From Vicinamibacterales bacterium (GTDB taxonomy: Bacteria; Acidobacteriota; Vicinamibacteria; Vicinamibacterales; UBA2999), in assembly GCA_035293405.1 (NCBI GenBank), contig DATDOE010000062.1, positions 7,526 through 71,525 of the forward strand: a stretch of DNA of 64,000 nucleotides, in the 5' to 3' direction. The position numbers were made by a program, and so were the translations under genes. The notes beneath the pieces were generated by a model. The model did no database searches and was not told the origin of the DNA. It saw only the letters and a list, made by a program, of their open reading frames with translations. Below are positions 50,725 through 60,335 of the stretch, piece after piece; within the stretch, counting starts at the first letter, position 1; the number at the start of each line of letters is the position of its first letter.

Positions 50725-51095
50725 ACTGGAGCCGGATTCCCGCTGTCTCAGCGGGTGCATCTACAAATCAGGCCGACGAACTTCGGCGCCACACGGCGTC
50801 GGGGAGGTGGTTCACCGCGTGTCCCGATCCTCGCGTACGAGGGCCGCGCTATCGGAGTGGGTGGAACGGCGAAGACGTCCCAGCCAGTGAGCGGCCAGCC
50901 GTCGTGTTTCTGCCAAACGCTGGGACCCTCGGTTCTGGAGCACTGACGACTCTCGGCGATCAGCTTCTTTGTCTTTCCGCATCATCGACCACAGTCGTCG
51001 GAATCGAGGTGAACTAGCCGGAGTGAGCTACGTGCCTGGAGTTCTGCCTATGCCACTGAAGCCATTGGCAACAGTGACCTGGCAAGCTCGGGTAT

Positions 51096-51116
51096 TGGAG
51101 GCGGCGGGAGTCGAAC
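51096..51116 (-). mobile_element. att site: duplicated 3' end of tmRNA/tRNA
   Basis: Minus strand GTTCGACTCCCGCCGCCTCCA = T-loop plus 3' acceptor strand, typical of ssrA; no 5' part present. Confidence 0.75.
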
Positions 51117-51273
51117 TCTACTGACGCGAATCTGTATGTTGGTGACGGCGTGGAACTTCTGGCGACAAGTTTCCTGGTCTCATCGACTTCCAGTCATTGA
51201 GTTGTCCGCTCGCGTCCTCAGCACTCCACTCGAATCAGCCCTGGCCTTGGCAACATTGTGGCAACGCGCGGCG

Positions 51274-51486
51274 TCAGGCCGGCACCGTCTCCAGCGCCAC
51301 GTGCAGCGAGTCCGATTGTGGAATCGAGAAGTTCAGCTTTTCGAACCCGATCACGTGACCAGCCGCGTCCTTCATGAGCACGACTTCGTCGCCTGTCTCC
51401 TCGCAGACGTATTCGCGTGATCGCTCTGTGAACCAGACCGTCAAGGTCTTGCCCTCTCGATCGTAAAACATTTTCACTTCGGCCAT
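51274..51486 (-). CDS. DUF2283-like putative antitoxin
   Basis: KMFYDREGKTLTVWF..VVLMKDAAGHVIGFE. Confidence 0.8.
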   Translation of the reverse strand: MAEVKMFYDREGKTLTVWFTERSREYVCEETGDEVVLMKDAAGHVIGFEKLNFSIPQSDSLHVALETVPA

Positions 51487-51797
51487 ATCTGAGTGCCTTC
51501 CTTGATGGCGTCGGTCGGATAAGCGGTGATCAAGAACCCCTGATCGGCAGCTCGCTTCGCGACCGCGCAGACCCAACGACTCGATCCCGCCGCGTGATAG
51601 AAGAGGAAGACGAGGGGGTCCGAGCGACTCTGTCGAACCTGCTCCGGATTCTCCAAGGTGGTCTTCACGATGTCTTCCCGGCCCTCCATCACTGGATGCT
51701 TCGCAGTCGTGATGAGATGCCACCGTTCGTGAGTGACGCGAACTCGGAAACCCAAGGGCGTGAGCACCTCGAAGAGAACCCCCGGGTCCGGTTCCAC
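51474..51797 (-). CDS. DUF4258-like (RelE/BECR-fold) putative toxin
   Basis: ERWHLI..KHP, TLENPE, FLITAY; overlaps the DUF2283-like gene. Confidence 0.75.
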   Translation of the reverse strand: MEPDPGVLFEVLTPLGFRVRVTHERWHLITTAKHPVMEGREDIVKTTLENPEQVRQSRSDPLVFLFYHAAGSSRWVCAVAKRAADQGFLITAYPTDAIKEGTQIWPK

Positions 51798-51864
51798 CTG
51801 AGCATTCTACCTTCCTCCCAGGTGCATCACGAGAGGCGCTGCATGTGGCTTCGCTTTCGAGTCT

Positions 51865-51934
51865 GCTCTAACGCGCCGCTTCAGCCGCGGCGGCTCATGA
51901 TTGCGCCACGCGCCGTCGGCAAGCGGAGTCAGAC
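51865..51934 (-). mobile_element. Integron attC-like site
   Basis: Minus strand GTCTGAC (R'', contains upstream stop)..CCGCTTGCCGACGGCG..CGCCGCGGCTGAAGCGG..GTTAGAG (R'). Confidence 0.65.
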
Positions 51935-52460
51935 CTCCCTGCCCTTCTGAGCCTCCCGCGTTCGTTCACGCTTGGCAGCCAACTCGGCGCACCGCTGGTC
52001 AAAGCCGAGGCGAAGGATGCCGTTCGTGCCAACCAAGACAGCGCCCAGAGATCCGAACGCGAGCTCGACAGCGATGGAGTCCCGGCTCTCGATGTACGCC
52101 TCATATCTCTCTCGCCCGATCAACGAAGGCTCGTTTGCCAGGACCAGTTCCGTGAAATCGCCACCGTGTACATTTCGGGAGAAATTGCGATACATGATGT
52201 TATACAGGTCACCTCGGCCGACTCGTTTCGCGCGCGCCTCGATGTTCACACCGCTGAACCCGTGCCGTCGCATTGCCTGCAGGGCCTCTTCGGGGTATCG
52301 ACTGTTCAGACGTGCTTCGATCGCGGCGAAGTCATCGAGTGTCGGTCCGTCCGGTATCAGACCAAGCCCCGCGTAGTCTGAGGCTCTCTGCTGCTTTAGC
52401 TTTTCGAGCATCACCGCGTCGATCACCCGTTGGCACGCGTCCTTGGCGTCCTCGCCAAGC
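51929..52460 (-). pseudogene. 3' part of a DUF5677/HEPN-like cassette gene
   Basis: LYNIMYRNFSRNVH motif; 5' end replaced by an oppositely oriented fragment. Confidence 0.45.
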
Positions 52461-52469
52461 ATCTGCAGA

Positions 52470-52592
52470 AAGCACTCAAAGCTCAAGGCGAACGCCACGG
52501 CGCTTTCAGAGACTTCACAAAAAGCGCTGGCGACGATCCTCGACCCACTGCGCGAACGAATCCAAGATTTTCAGAAGAAGGTCGAGAAGATC
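52470..52592 (+). pseudogene. rmuC internal fragment
   Basis: SQKALATILDPLRERIQDFQKKVE resembles the RmuC conserved helix. Confidence 0.5.
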
Positions 52593-52773
52593 CGCGCTGC
52601 CTTGCGGGGGTTGCTGCTGCCCGCGGCCGAGCGCAGGGATTGATTGGTTGCTTTCAGGGACCGCTGGGGGTTGTGGGGCGTCCGGCGCTTCGTCGTCCAA
52701 GAGTCTGGAGTAGAGAGCGCGACTGTCGGAGGCGCTGCGGGTCGCGGCGGGCGATTGGCCGCAGCTTGAGGCT

Positions 52774-53334
52774 ATGCTTCCCAGTCCTCCGAAGACGATC
52801 AGAACGACGCCGCCGATCAACCAGGACCGAAACAGCCAACCCATCTTCGCGCCTTGCCGCAGGTTGCACGAACTCAATCGCCTGAGTATCAGCTACCCAG
52901 CCGAAATCGACTTTCATAGCGACGCGGAACTCACGGCGCGTGTATCAAATCCAGAGAGCGAACTCGCCCACAAGGTCCTGAGCATCCAGCTCCGCAGCGA
53001 TTCCTTTTCCGTTCTTCCGACCGATCCTGTTCCGCTCACGCTGACAAACGGCCAGGAACGACGCTTCATCGCCAGGCCTACGCAATATGGGCTCCGTCGC
53101 GTGCTTGTTTCCGTGCGCGTCAACGGCCCTCCCAATCCGCTGCCCAAGGGCGTGAGCCTGAGCTCCGCGCTCGACGACTGGTCAATCGCAATCCGCGTTC
53201 GTGAGCCCACCAGGCTTTTTGGAATCCCGGAGTTCTACTTCAACGTGACACTCGTGAGCGGCATCGTCGTGCTTCTTCTAAGCGCCGTCGGCTGGATATT
53301 CGTGAGGGTCTCTCCAGCCTTTCTCGGAATCTAG
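52774..53334 (+). CDS. Hypothetical protein or fragment with C-terminal TM helix
   Basis: Open frame with protein-like composition; start unclear. Confidence 0.35.
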   Translation: MLPSPPKTIRTTPPINQDRNSQPIFAPCRRLHELNRLSISYPAEIDFHSDAELTARVSNPESELAHKVLSIQLRSDSFSVLPTDPVPLTLTNGQERRFIARPTQYGLRRVLVSVRVNGPPNPLPKGVSLSSALDDWSIAIRVREPTRLFGIPEFYFNVTLVSGIVVLLLSAVGWIFVRVSPAFLGI

Positions 53335-53354
53335 ACCGACGGCAGATGAGTCGC

Positions 53355-53745
53355 CTAGATTCCGATCTTCTCAATATCCGCGAGCGTGATTTCATCCGAC
53401 GTGCGGTCGTAGAGCTTCGTTGTGTGCGGGCTCTCATGCGCCGCGATCGCCTGCGCGCCTTCGATCGTCCCGCCGTTCAGTGTATGCTGTAATTCCCGTC
53501 GCGCGGAACGTGTGACAGTTCGCCGCGTCGCCGAGCTCCGCGTCGCGCACGCGCCTCTTGATCATCCGGAAGACATCAAAGCGCGTCATTCGCTTTCCGT
53601 TCAGTCTCCGTTCTCTCCTCGCGCGATCCTTATTCCTGGGTTTCTCTTTTGTCATGCTCTGCCAGAGCGGCGCGCCCTTGTCGTCCTCGATCCCGGCCGC
53701 CTCGATATAGGCGTCGAGATATCGACCGGCTGGCACATCCGGTAA
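53355..53745 (-). pseudogene. Tyrosine recombinase C-terminal fragment, frameshifted
   Basis: YLDAYIEAAG, CHTFRATGITAY, frameshift near 53482, then NGGTIEGAQAIAAHESPHTTKLYDRT. Confidence 0.85.
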
Positions 53746-53842
53746 CGATCCCTCTCGCATGACACCGCCGCGCGATCCTGACGGCGACGAAATCCGTTCC
53801 GCTGATCCCTGCGGGCCGATCCTGCCTTCCTTGTCTCGTCTG

Positions 53843-54030
53843 CTGTCCCGCCTCCTTCGCGAAGCGGTTGTTTCTCAACTCTCCCCGCGCATTCTGGCCG
53901 GGCGCGCCGCCCTGTCAACGGGCAAGCCGTTCCCCCCCTCATCGGAATTCGGGGGTGACAGGCCGGCTTATCCGCCCGGCCCCTGTTCTCCGCGTGTTGA
54001 GAAACCCAACCGCGAAGGAGGACAGGACAA
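53843..54030 (+). promoter_or_regulatory. Long imperfect stem-loop upstream of ardC (ssDNA promoter-like)
   Basis: CCTCCTTCGCG..TTTCTCAAC pairs with GTTGAGAAA..CGCGAAGGAGG; inner GGCCGGGCG/CGCCCGGCC and CTGTCA/TGACAG. Confidence 0.6.
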
Positions 54031-54959
54031 TGAAGATCGACAAGGAAGAACGGCAGGACGTTTACACTCGCATCACGGCGCAGATCGTCGCCGCACTCGA
54101 AAATGGCGCGCGGCCCTGGCTCAGGCCGTGGAACGCCGAGCACGCCGCCGGGCGCGTCACGAGGCCGCTGCGTCACAACGGCCAGCCCTACACCGGCATC
54201 AACATCCTCTCGCTCTGGGCTTCGGCGAGCGTGCAGGGCTTCGCCGCCCCGGTCTGGATGACCTACCGCCAGGCCGTCGAACTCGACGCGCACGTCCGCA
54301 AGGGCGAGAAGGGTTCGCCCGTCATCTACGCCAACAGCGTCACGCGCACCGACACCGACGCTGCCACTGGCGACGACATCGAGCGCGCTATTCACTTCCT
54401 CAAGGGCTACACCGTGTTCAACGTCGAGCAGATCGAAGGCCTGCCCGCGCAATACCACGCGCCGGCGGCCCCGCGGCTCGACCCGCTCGCACGTATCGCG
54501 AACGCGGAAAGCTTCTTCACCGCCACCGGTGCCACGCTCGCCCACGGCGGCAACCGCGCCTTCTATCGGCCCTCAACCGACAGCATCGTCCTCCCGCCCT
54601 TCGAGGCCTTCCGCGACGCGCAGAGCTACTACGCGACGCTCGCGCACGAGACGACGCACTGGACCGCGCACGAATCGCGCCTCGCCCGCGACTTCGGCGG
54701 CAGGCGTTTTGGCTCTGAAAGCTATGCCATCGAAGAACTCGTCGCCGAGCTGGGCGCCGCTTTCCTGTGTGCTGATCTTGATCTCGCGCTTGAACCGCGT
54801 GAGGACCACGCTTCGTACATCGCGAACTGGCTGGAAGTCCTGAAGAACGATAACCGCGCCGTCTTCACCGCTGCCTCGCACGCGCAGCGCGCCGCGGATT
54901 TCATCAACGGCCTGCAGCCGGCGGTCGCCGCCGCGGACATCGAGCCTACCCCCGCGTGA
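54030..54959 (+). CDS. ardC: Antirestriction protein ArdC
   Basis: PWLRPW, YTGINIL, WMTYRQA, VRKGEKG, VFNVEQ, HETTHWT, EELVAE; AAGGAGG RBS. Confidence 0.93.
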   Translation: MKIDKEERQDVYTRITAQIVAALENGARPWLRPWNAEHAAGRVTRPLRHNGQPYTGINILSLWASASVQGFAAPVWMTYRQAVELDAHVRKGEKGSPVIYANSVTRTDTDAATGDDIERAIHFLKGYTVFNVEQIEGLPAQYHAPAAPRLDPLARIANAESFFTATGATLAHGGNRAFYRPSTDSIVLPPFEAFRDAQSYYATLAHETTHWTAHESRLARDFGGRRFGSESYAIEELVAELGAAFLCADLDLALEPREDHASYIANWLEVLKNDNRAVFTAASHAQRAADFINGLQPAVAAADIEPTPA

Positions 54960-55169
54960 GCGGGCGTCGGCGCCGTTGCCGTTCATTTCCCCTGGGCGCG
55001 CATCCGGCCCGCGCGTTCTGCAAAAACGGCCGCGCAGAATGCCACGGGAGCGACGATCTCTCCTCGGGCAAGGCTGCGCTATCCCCCCCGCGCGCCCTGC
55101 GCCGGGACAATGCCGGTCTCTCCCCTGCCTTCTCCTTTCGCCGGTTTCCTCAACTCTCAACGCTTTTCA

Positions 55170-55283
55170 TATGTCCTGGCCATCCCACGCACTGGAGTCA
55201 CGGAAGCGGCCGTCGCACTGCAAGACGCTGGCTCGATCCTCGAGGCGTACGCGGAGTACGAAAAGGCGGCGGCGACCGCCTAA
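55170..55283 (+). pseudogene. Chimeric fragment: Crp HTH fused to SpoVG-like C-terminus
   Basis: YVLAIPRTGVTEAAVALQDAGS-ILEAYAEYEKAAATA*; the two halves match 61034-61729 and 60336-60653. Confidence 0.65.
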
Positions 55284-55719
55284 CGTCAGTTGTCCAGCGA
55301 CGGAGCGCGTCGACGCTCCGTCGCTCGACGCGTTCAAGCACACCGGTCCTGCCAGGATGATTCGCGCTCCGGCCGTTTCTCGTCCCGCGCTCACGATCCT
55401 TAGGTTACTGAGCCGGCCAACGGGCGATCCCGCCGTCGATGATCGGCAGCGAGCTTTCCTCAGCCGTCCCTGTCGGTCGTTGTTCCGATTCAGCTCTGCT
55501 GACATCTTCTGATTGCGTTCGCTTTTGGCGCGTTCGCGCGTGGCTCCGCCGTCAAACAGCAGACGGACGACGCGGCACGGCACCGGATTGCCGCTCAAGC
55601 GGCTGTGCCGGCGACGTGCGGCTGGCACACAGGCGCCATAGGTGCCGCGTCTCGGAGACCTCGCGCCGACGCCCCGATCGCCGTGTCCCGCGTGTTGGGG
55701 TTCCTCATTCGGTTGCGAA

Positions 55720-56201
55720 GGAACCCGCAATCATGTTTGTGTGGCTATCGGGGTGACCCGCTGCATGAATGTCACTGCACGCCGTTGCAGGCGCAACGGT
55801 ACCGCAATCGGCTTTCGGGGCCGCTCCGCGGTCGTATCGATCTCGTTGTCGAGGTGCCAGCGGTTCCTGTTGGCGAATTGATGACTGGGCCAGTGTCCCG
55901 TGAGAGCTCGGTTACGGTGCGCGCGCAGGTGATCGAAGCGCGGAATCGGCAAGCGGCTCGCTACGGCGGGACGGGCGTTCACGTCAACGCTGGGCTATCG
56001 GGCCGTGCGCTGGGGCGGCACTGCAGGCTCGCTAAACATGGCTTACGCCTCCTTGAGACAGCGGCGCGCCGGCTCGCACTCAGTGCCACGGGATATGACC
56101 GCGTCCTGAAGGTGGCGAGGACGATCGCGGATCTCACGGGCCGCGACGCGATTCACGCGGAACATCTGGCCGAGGCACTCCAGTATTGGATGATGGAGTG
56201 A
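55720..56201 (+). pseudogene. comM: comM/YifB Mg-chelatase-like ATPase, 3' fragment
   Basis: CLCGYRGD..CHC, YRNRLSGPLRGRID, RVLKVARTIADL, HLAEALQY; 5' two-thirds absent. Confidence 0.85.
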
Positions 56202-56224
56202 CACGCGCGGATTGACGGCAACCG

Positions 56225-56680
56225 TCAGCTTCCCGCAGCTCTTGGCATCTCGTTGATGAGGACCCAGTACAGGCCAAGCCGGCCCACAGCCTCCGAGAAC
56301 TGGTTGAAGTCGACCGGTTTGACCACGTAGCTGTTGGCGCCCAGACGATACGCTTCGTCAAGATCGCGATCTTCTCTCGACGAGGTGATCACGACCACGG
56401 GGATGTCCCGCGTCCTCGAGTCCTCTTTAATGGTACGAAGCACTTCCAGCCCGTCCACCTTCGGCAATTTCAGGTCGAGCAACACGACTTTCGGTCGAGT
56501 GTTCACGTCACGACCCGCGAACTGACCTCTTCCGAAAATAAAATCGAGCGCCGCCGCGCCGTCCTCGACATGATGCAACCGGTTGGCGAGATTCCGCATG
56601 CGAAGGGTCCGCATCGTGAGCTCGGCGTCCTCCGGGCTGTCCTCTACGAGCAGGATCTCGACCTCGTTGAAGTTGGACAT
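56225..56680 (-). CDS. Single-domain response regulator (Rcp1-like)
   Basis: [30 protein letters not shown]. Confidence 0.92.
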   Translation of the reverse strand: MSNFNEVEILLVEDSPEDAELTMRTLRMRNLANRLHHVEDGAAALDFIFGRGQFAGRDVNTRPKVVLLDLKLPKVDGLEVLRTIKEDSRTRDIPVVVITSSREDRDLDEAYRLGANSYVVKPVDFNQFSEAVGRLGLYWVLINEMPRAAGS

Positions 56681-56681
56681 C

Positions 56682-57788
56682 TCACCTGTCCTTTCTCGGC
56701 AGGGCGAAAGAGAACGTGGCGCCCTCATCGGGTCGCGCCTCCGCCCACACACGACCGCGATGGCGCGTCACGATTCGCTGGACCAGTGCCAGTCCTACGC
56801 CTGTCCCCTCGAACTCAGATGCCTTGTGAAGCCGTTGGAACACCATGAAGAGCTTGGCCACGTACGCCATGTCGAAGCCCACACCGTTGTCCGTCACGGT
56901 GTAGACCACCTCGTCATCCTCCGTGCGGCCGGTCACCTGGATGACTGCCGGCGATCTGGGGCGCGTGTACTTGATGGCGTTTCCGAGCAGGTTGATCCAG
57001 ACCTGGCGCAGCAGTGTGAAATCTCCCAGGACGTCGGGTAAGTCGGCAACGCGTGCGTCGATGGCGCGGTCCGTCTGTGCGGCCGTGATCTCTTCGAGCA
57101 CCGTTCGTGCCAGCGTGGTCATATCGACGCGACTGGATTTCATCCCGTCGCGCCCAAGCCGAGAGAACGCCAGGAGGTCGTCGATGAGCTGCCCCATCTT
57201 CCCGACGTTCTTTCGGATCACATCGAGGACACGCCGGCCCTCGGCGTCAAGCCGCTCGGCCTGTTCCTCGAGCAGGATCCGGCCGAACCCATCGATCGCC
57301 CGCAATGGCGCGCGCAGATCATGCGACACGGAATAGGTGAACCCGTCGAGCTCCTTGTTCGCCGCCTCCAACTCGCGTTGGCGCTGCAGGATTCGCTGCT
57401 CGGCCTCTTTCAGATCGGTGATGTCCCGCAGCACGCCAACAAACAAACGCAAGCCGTCGTCATCGACCCACTCGCCCACGGAGAGATACAGGGGAAACTC
57501 CGAGCCATCCTTTCTTCGCCCCGCAGCCTCTCTTCCAATGCCGATGATCCGACGCTCTCCGGTTTCGCGGTATCGGCTCATGTACCCGTCGTGCTCCTCG
57601 CGGTACGGCGCAGGCATGAGCATATTCACGTTGCGCCCGATGACTTCTCCTGCCTCATAGCCGAAAAGACGCTCGCAGGCTGGGTTGAGTGTTCGCACGA
57701 TGCCGCGCTCGTCGATACTGACGATGCCGTCGATCGCCGTGTCAAGAATGGCCCGTTCAAGACTTTGCTTCGTCTGACGAACCGGCAT
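56682..57788 (-). CDS. PAS (FixL-like) sensor histidine kinase
   Basis: [23 protein letters not shown]; [34 protein letters not shown]. Confidence 0.93.
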   Translation of the reverse strand: MPVRQTKQSLERAILDTAIDGIVSIDERGIVRTLNPACERLFGYEAGEVIGRNVNMLMPAPYREEHDGYMSRYRETGERRIIGIGREAAGRRKDGSEFPLYLSVGEWVDDDGLRLFVGVLRDITDLKEAEQRILQRQRELEAANKELDGFTYSVSHDLRAPLRAIDGFGRILLEEQAERLDAEGRRVLDVIRKNVGKMGQLIDDLLAFSRLGRDGMKSSRVDMTTLARTVLEEITAAQTDRAIDARVADLPDVLGDFTLLRQVWINLLGNAIKYTRPRSPAVIQVTGRTEDDEVVYTVTDNGVGFDMAYVAKLFMVFQRLHKASEFEGTGVGLALVQRIVTRHRGRVWAEARPDEGATFSFALPRKDR

Positions 57789-59796
57789 CCAGAACCTCCC
57801 GGATCTTGGAGAGGAGCGTGTTTGGCGTGAAGGGCTTTTGAATGAAGTTCACGCCGGGCTCCAGCACGCCGTGGTGGACGATCGCGTTATCCGTGTACCC
57901 GGACATGTAGAGCACCTTCACGCCAGGTCGGAGCGCGGATAGACGGTCCGCGAGCTTGCGTCCGCTCATGGTCGGCATGACCACGTCCGTGAGCACCGCG
58001 TGGACCGGCCCCGTGTGACGCTCGAGGGCCAGGAGTGCCTGGTCGCCGTCTGAGGCGTTCAGGACGGTGTAGCCGGCCTTCGTCAGAACCCGCCGAGCGA
58101 GTGTCCGCACCGCCTCTTGGTCCTCCACGAGCAGAATGGTCTCGGTACCTTCGAGCGCAGCCGAGGTCGGCCTCATACTCACGAGCGACTCACGAGCGCC
58201 TGTCTTTGCAGGCAAGTGGATCCTGAACGTTGTGCCCTGTCCAAGTTCGCTATACACCCAGATGAATCCGCCGGCTTGCTTCACAATGCCATACGCCGTA
58301 GAGAGGCCAAGCCCAGTACCCTTACCAGCGGCCTTCGTCGTGAAAAACGGCTCGAAGATGTGCAGGCGTGTCTCTTCGTCCATCCCGGTTCCGTTGTCGC
58401 TGACGGCCAACATCAGGTAATCTCCCGGTGGGACATCAGCCGGTTTGGTTTCGTGGTAGCTCTCGTCGAGCCTGACGTTGGCGGTCTCGATCGTGAGCTT
58501 GCCGCCCATCGGCATGGCATCGCGCGCGTTGACGGCGAGGTTGATGATCAGTTGCTCGACATGAGTCGGGTCGATCTCCACGAGACCCAGATCCTCGCTG
58601 AGCGCCGTGACGACGTCGATGTCTTCGCCGATCAGGGGCCGTAACAGCCGATCCATCTCCTGGATCAGGCGATTGAGATTCACGACGCGGAGCTCGGCGA
58701 CCTGGCGGCGGCTGAAGGCGAGCAACTGGCGCGTGAGTCCTTCGGCTCGTCGCGCGGCATCCTGAATCGCGAGCGCGTCGTCGTGCTGGGCATCCCCGTC
58801 AGGCAGACTCTTGAGCAGGAACTCCGTGTAGCCTTCGATCACCGTAAGCACGTTGTTGAAGTCGTGGGCGATGCCCCCTGCGAGCTTTCCGACAGCTTCG
58901 AGGCGCTGCCCCGCGCGGATCTGGCGCTCGAGGCTGTTGCGGTCGGTGACATCGGTCATGCTCATGATCACATTGTGAGAGTCGATCAGGGTGGCCGGGA
59001 CCTGGAACGCGAGCAGGACATCGATCTGTCGTCCCGCGAGTGTCTCGATCCGGACCTCTTTCTGAAACGTTCCCGTCGCGGTCACGAGGGCGCGAAGAAT
59101 CTCAAGCCAGGCTGAGCCCGAGCCAGGGCGAAGCGCGCTCGCCAGCGCACCGACGATGTGCCCCGGTCCCTCCGCTTGGACCATGCGAACCGCGGCGGCA
59201 TTTGCGGTGAGGATTCGCGTCTGCTCGGCCGCGCGCGTGACCAGCTCGTCTCCCTCCACGAGATGTGCCTCCACAGGGCCGTGCTTCGACACCTCGTCGA
59301 GCGCCACCTTGGTGCTCGAGAGGTCCAGCTCGACGAGGGCGACAGCCGCCGAATCGAAGATGCTCCGATAACGGCGTTCCTCGATCTGCAGTGCCCGCTC
59401 CACTTCGACCCGCTGGCGACGAGACGCAGCCTCCGCCAGCTCTCGGCTCACGACGGGGCCGAGCCGTTCGAGCTTGCCTTTGAGCACATAGTCCTTCGCT
59501 CCGGCACGCATGGCCGCGACCGCGCGCTCCTCCCCGAGCACCCCGGACACGAAAATAAATGGGACGTCTGAGCCGTGTTGTTTGACGATCTCGAAGGCTT
59601 TGAGTCCGTCGTACTGGGGCATCGAGAAGTCGGAAATGATGGCGTGCCAGGGTTTCTGGAGCGCAGCCACGAGCGCCCCCTCGGTATCGACGCGCTCGTG
59701 GGAGATATCAAAGCCCTGGCGCGCGAGCTCGCGCAAGATCAGCTCCGCATCCTCCTCCGAGTCATCGATCACGAGCAGTCTGACAGGAGTTCCCAT
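57757..59796 (-). CDS. Hybrid histidine kinase (REC-PAS-HisKA-HATPase-REC)
   Basis: N-terminal REC, GGIAHDFNN, NARDAM, FEPFFTTK, C-terminal REC. Confidence 0.93.
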   Translation of the reverse strand: MGTPVRLLVIDDSEEDAELILRELARQGFDISHERVDTEGALVAALQKPWHAIISDFSMPQYDGLKAFEIVKQHGSDVPFIFVSGVLGEERAVAAMRAGAKDYVLKGKLERLGPVVSRELAEAASRRQRVEVERALQIEERRYRSIFDSAAVALVELDLSSTKVALDEVSKHGPVEAHLVEGDELVTRAAEQTRILTANAAAVRMVQAEGPGHIVGALASALRPGSGSAWLEILRALVTATGTFQKEVRIETLAGRQIDVLLAFQVPATLIDSHNVIMSMTDVTDRNSLERQIRAGQRLEAVGKLAGGIAHDFNNVLTVIEGYTEFLLKSLPDGDAQHDDALAIQDAARRAEGLTRQLLAFSRRQVAELRVVNLNRLIQEMDRLLRPLIGEDIDVVTALSEDLGLVEIDPTHVEQLIINLAVNARDAMPMGGKLTIETANVRLDESYHETKPADVPPGDYLMLAVSDNGTGMDEETRLHIFEPFFTTKAAGKGTGLGLSTAYGIVKQAGGFIWVYSELGQGTTFRIHLPAKTGARESLVSMRPTSAALEGTETILLVEDQEAVRTLARRVLTKAGYTVLNASDGDQALLALERHTGPVHAVLTDVVMPTMSGRKLADRLSALRPGVKVLYMSGYTDNAIVHHGVLEPGVNFIQKPFTPNTLLSKIREVLDAGSSDEAKS

Positions 59797-59841
59797 ATCA
59801 ATCGCCCGTTACAACTAACGTTGCGCAGCCTGGTCACATTC

Positions 59842-60321
59842 AGGATGAGCGGGGTCCGATTTCCTGGAGGCATGAGATTATGCCCGATCCGCTCCGGGAG
59901 CGCATCGGAAACAGAACGCGTTTCAGGACGTCTCCGGCTGGAATTCGCTGTTCGTGTTCCCACCGCGCCAATGTGCTCGGGTCCACATCCAGGCGGCAAG
60001 CGAGGGCCTTCTGGGTGATTCCGCGTATCAGCGTCTGTCCGACGGCGTCGGCTCAGGCCGAGCATCGTCACCAAGGAACCGGAGGATGTTGGGGAGCCAC
60101 TGCAGCGCTGCTTCCGCCTTCCGGTTCTCCCAGTTCCAGAGGGTGCGTTCCGTCACACCGATCCTCTCGGCGACCTCGCGCTGCAACAGTCGCGAATCCA
60201 GCCGGCGCATTCGGAGATGGTCGCCGAGCGCCCGGAGTTCCCTCGGATAGCCAGACGGCGGAGGTTTCTGCCCTTGAAGGTGGACATGGCAGAAAGGCAA
60301 CGCGGGGATGCGGGTTCGCAT
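59842..60321 (-). pseudogene. Tandem XRE-HTH regulator, frameshifted
   Basis: LGDHLRMRR..QREVAERIGV..NWEN, then in another frame GITQKALACRLDVDPSTLARWE. Confidence 0.65.
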
Positions 60322-60335
60322 TAGGGAGGCCAGCA

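Noticed and set aside
53355-53745. Functional integrase of the island
   Set aside because: Only the C-terminal third, and frameshifted
55400-55500. Rhodanese-like IDGGIARW fragment on the minus strand
   Set aside because: Too short to support a call
59880-60335. N-terminal extension of ORF 59880-60653
   Set aside because: Overlaps the opposite-strand HTH remnant; the RBS supports ATG 60336
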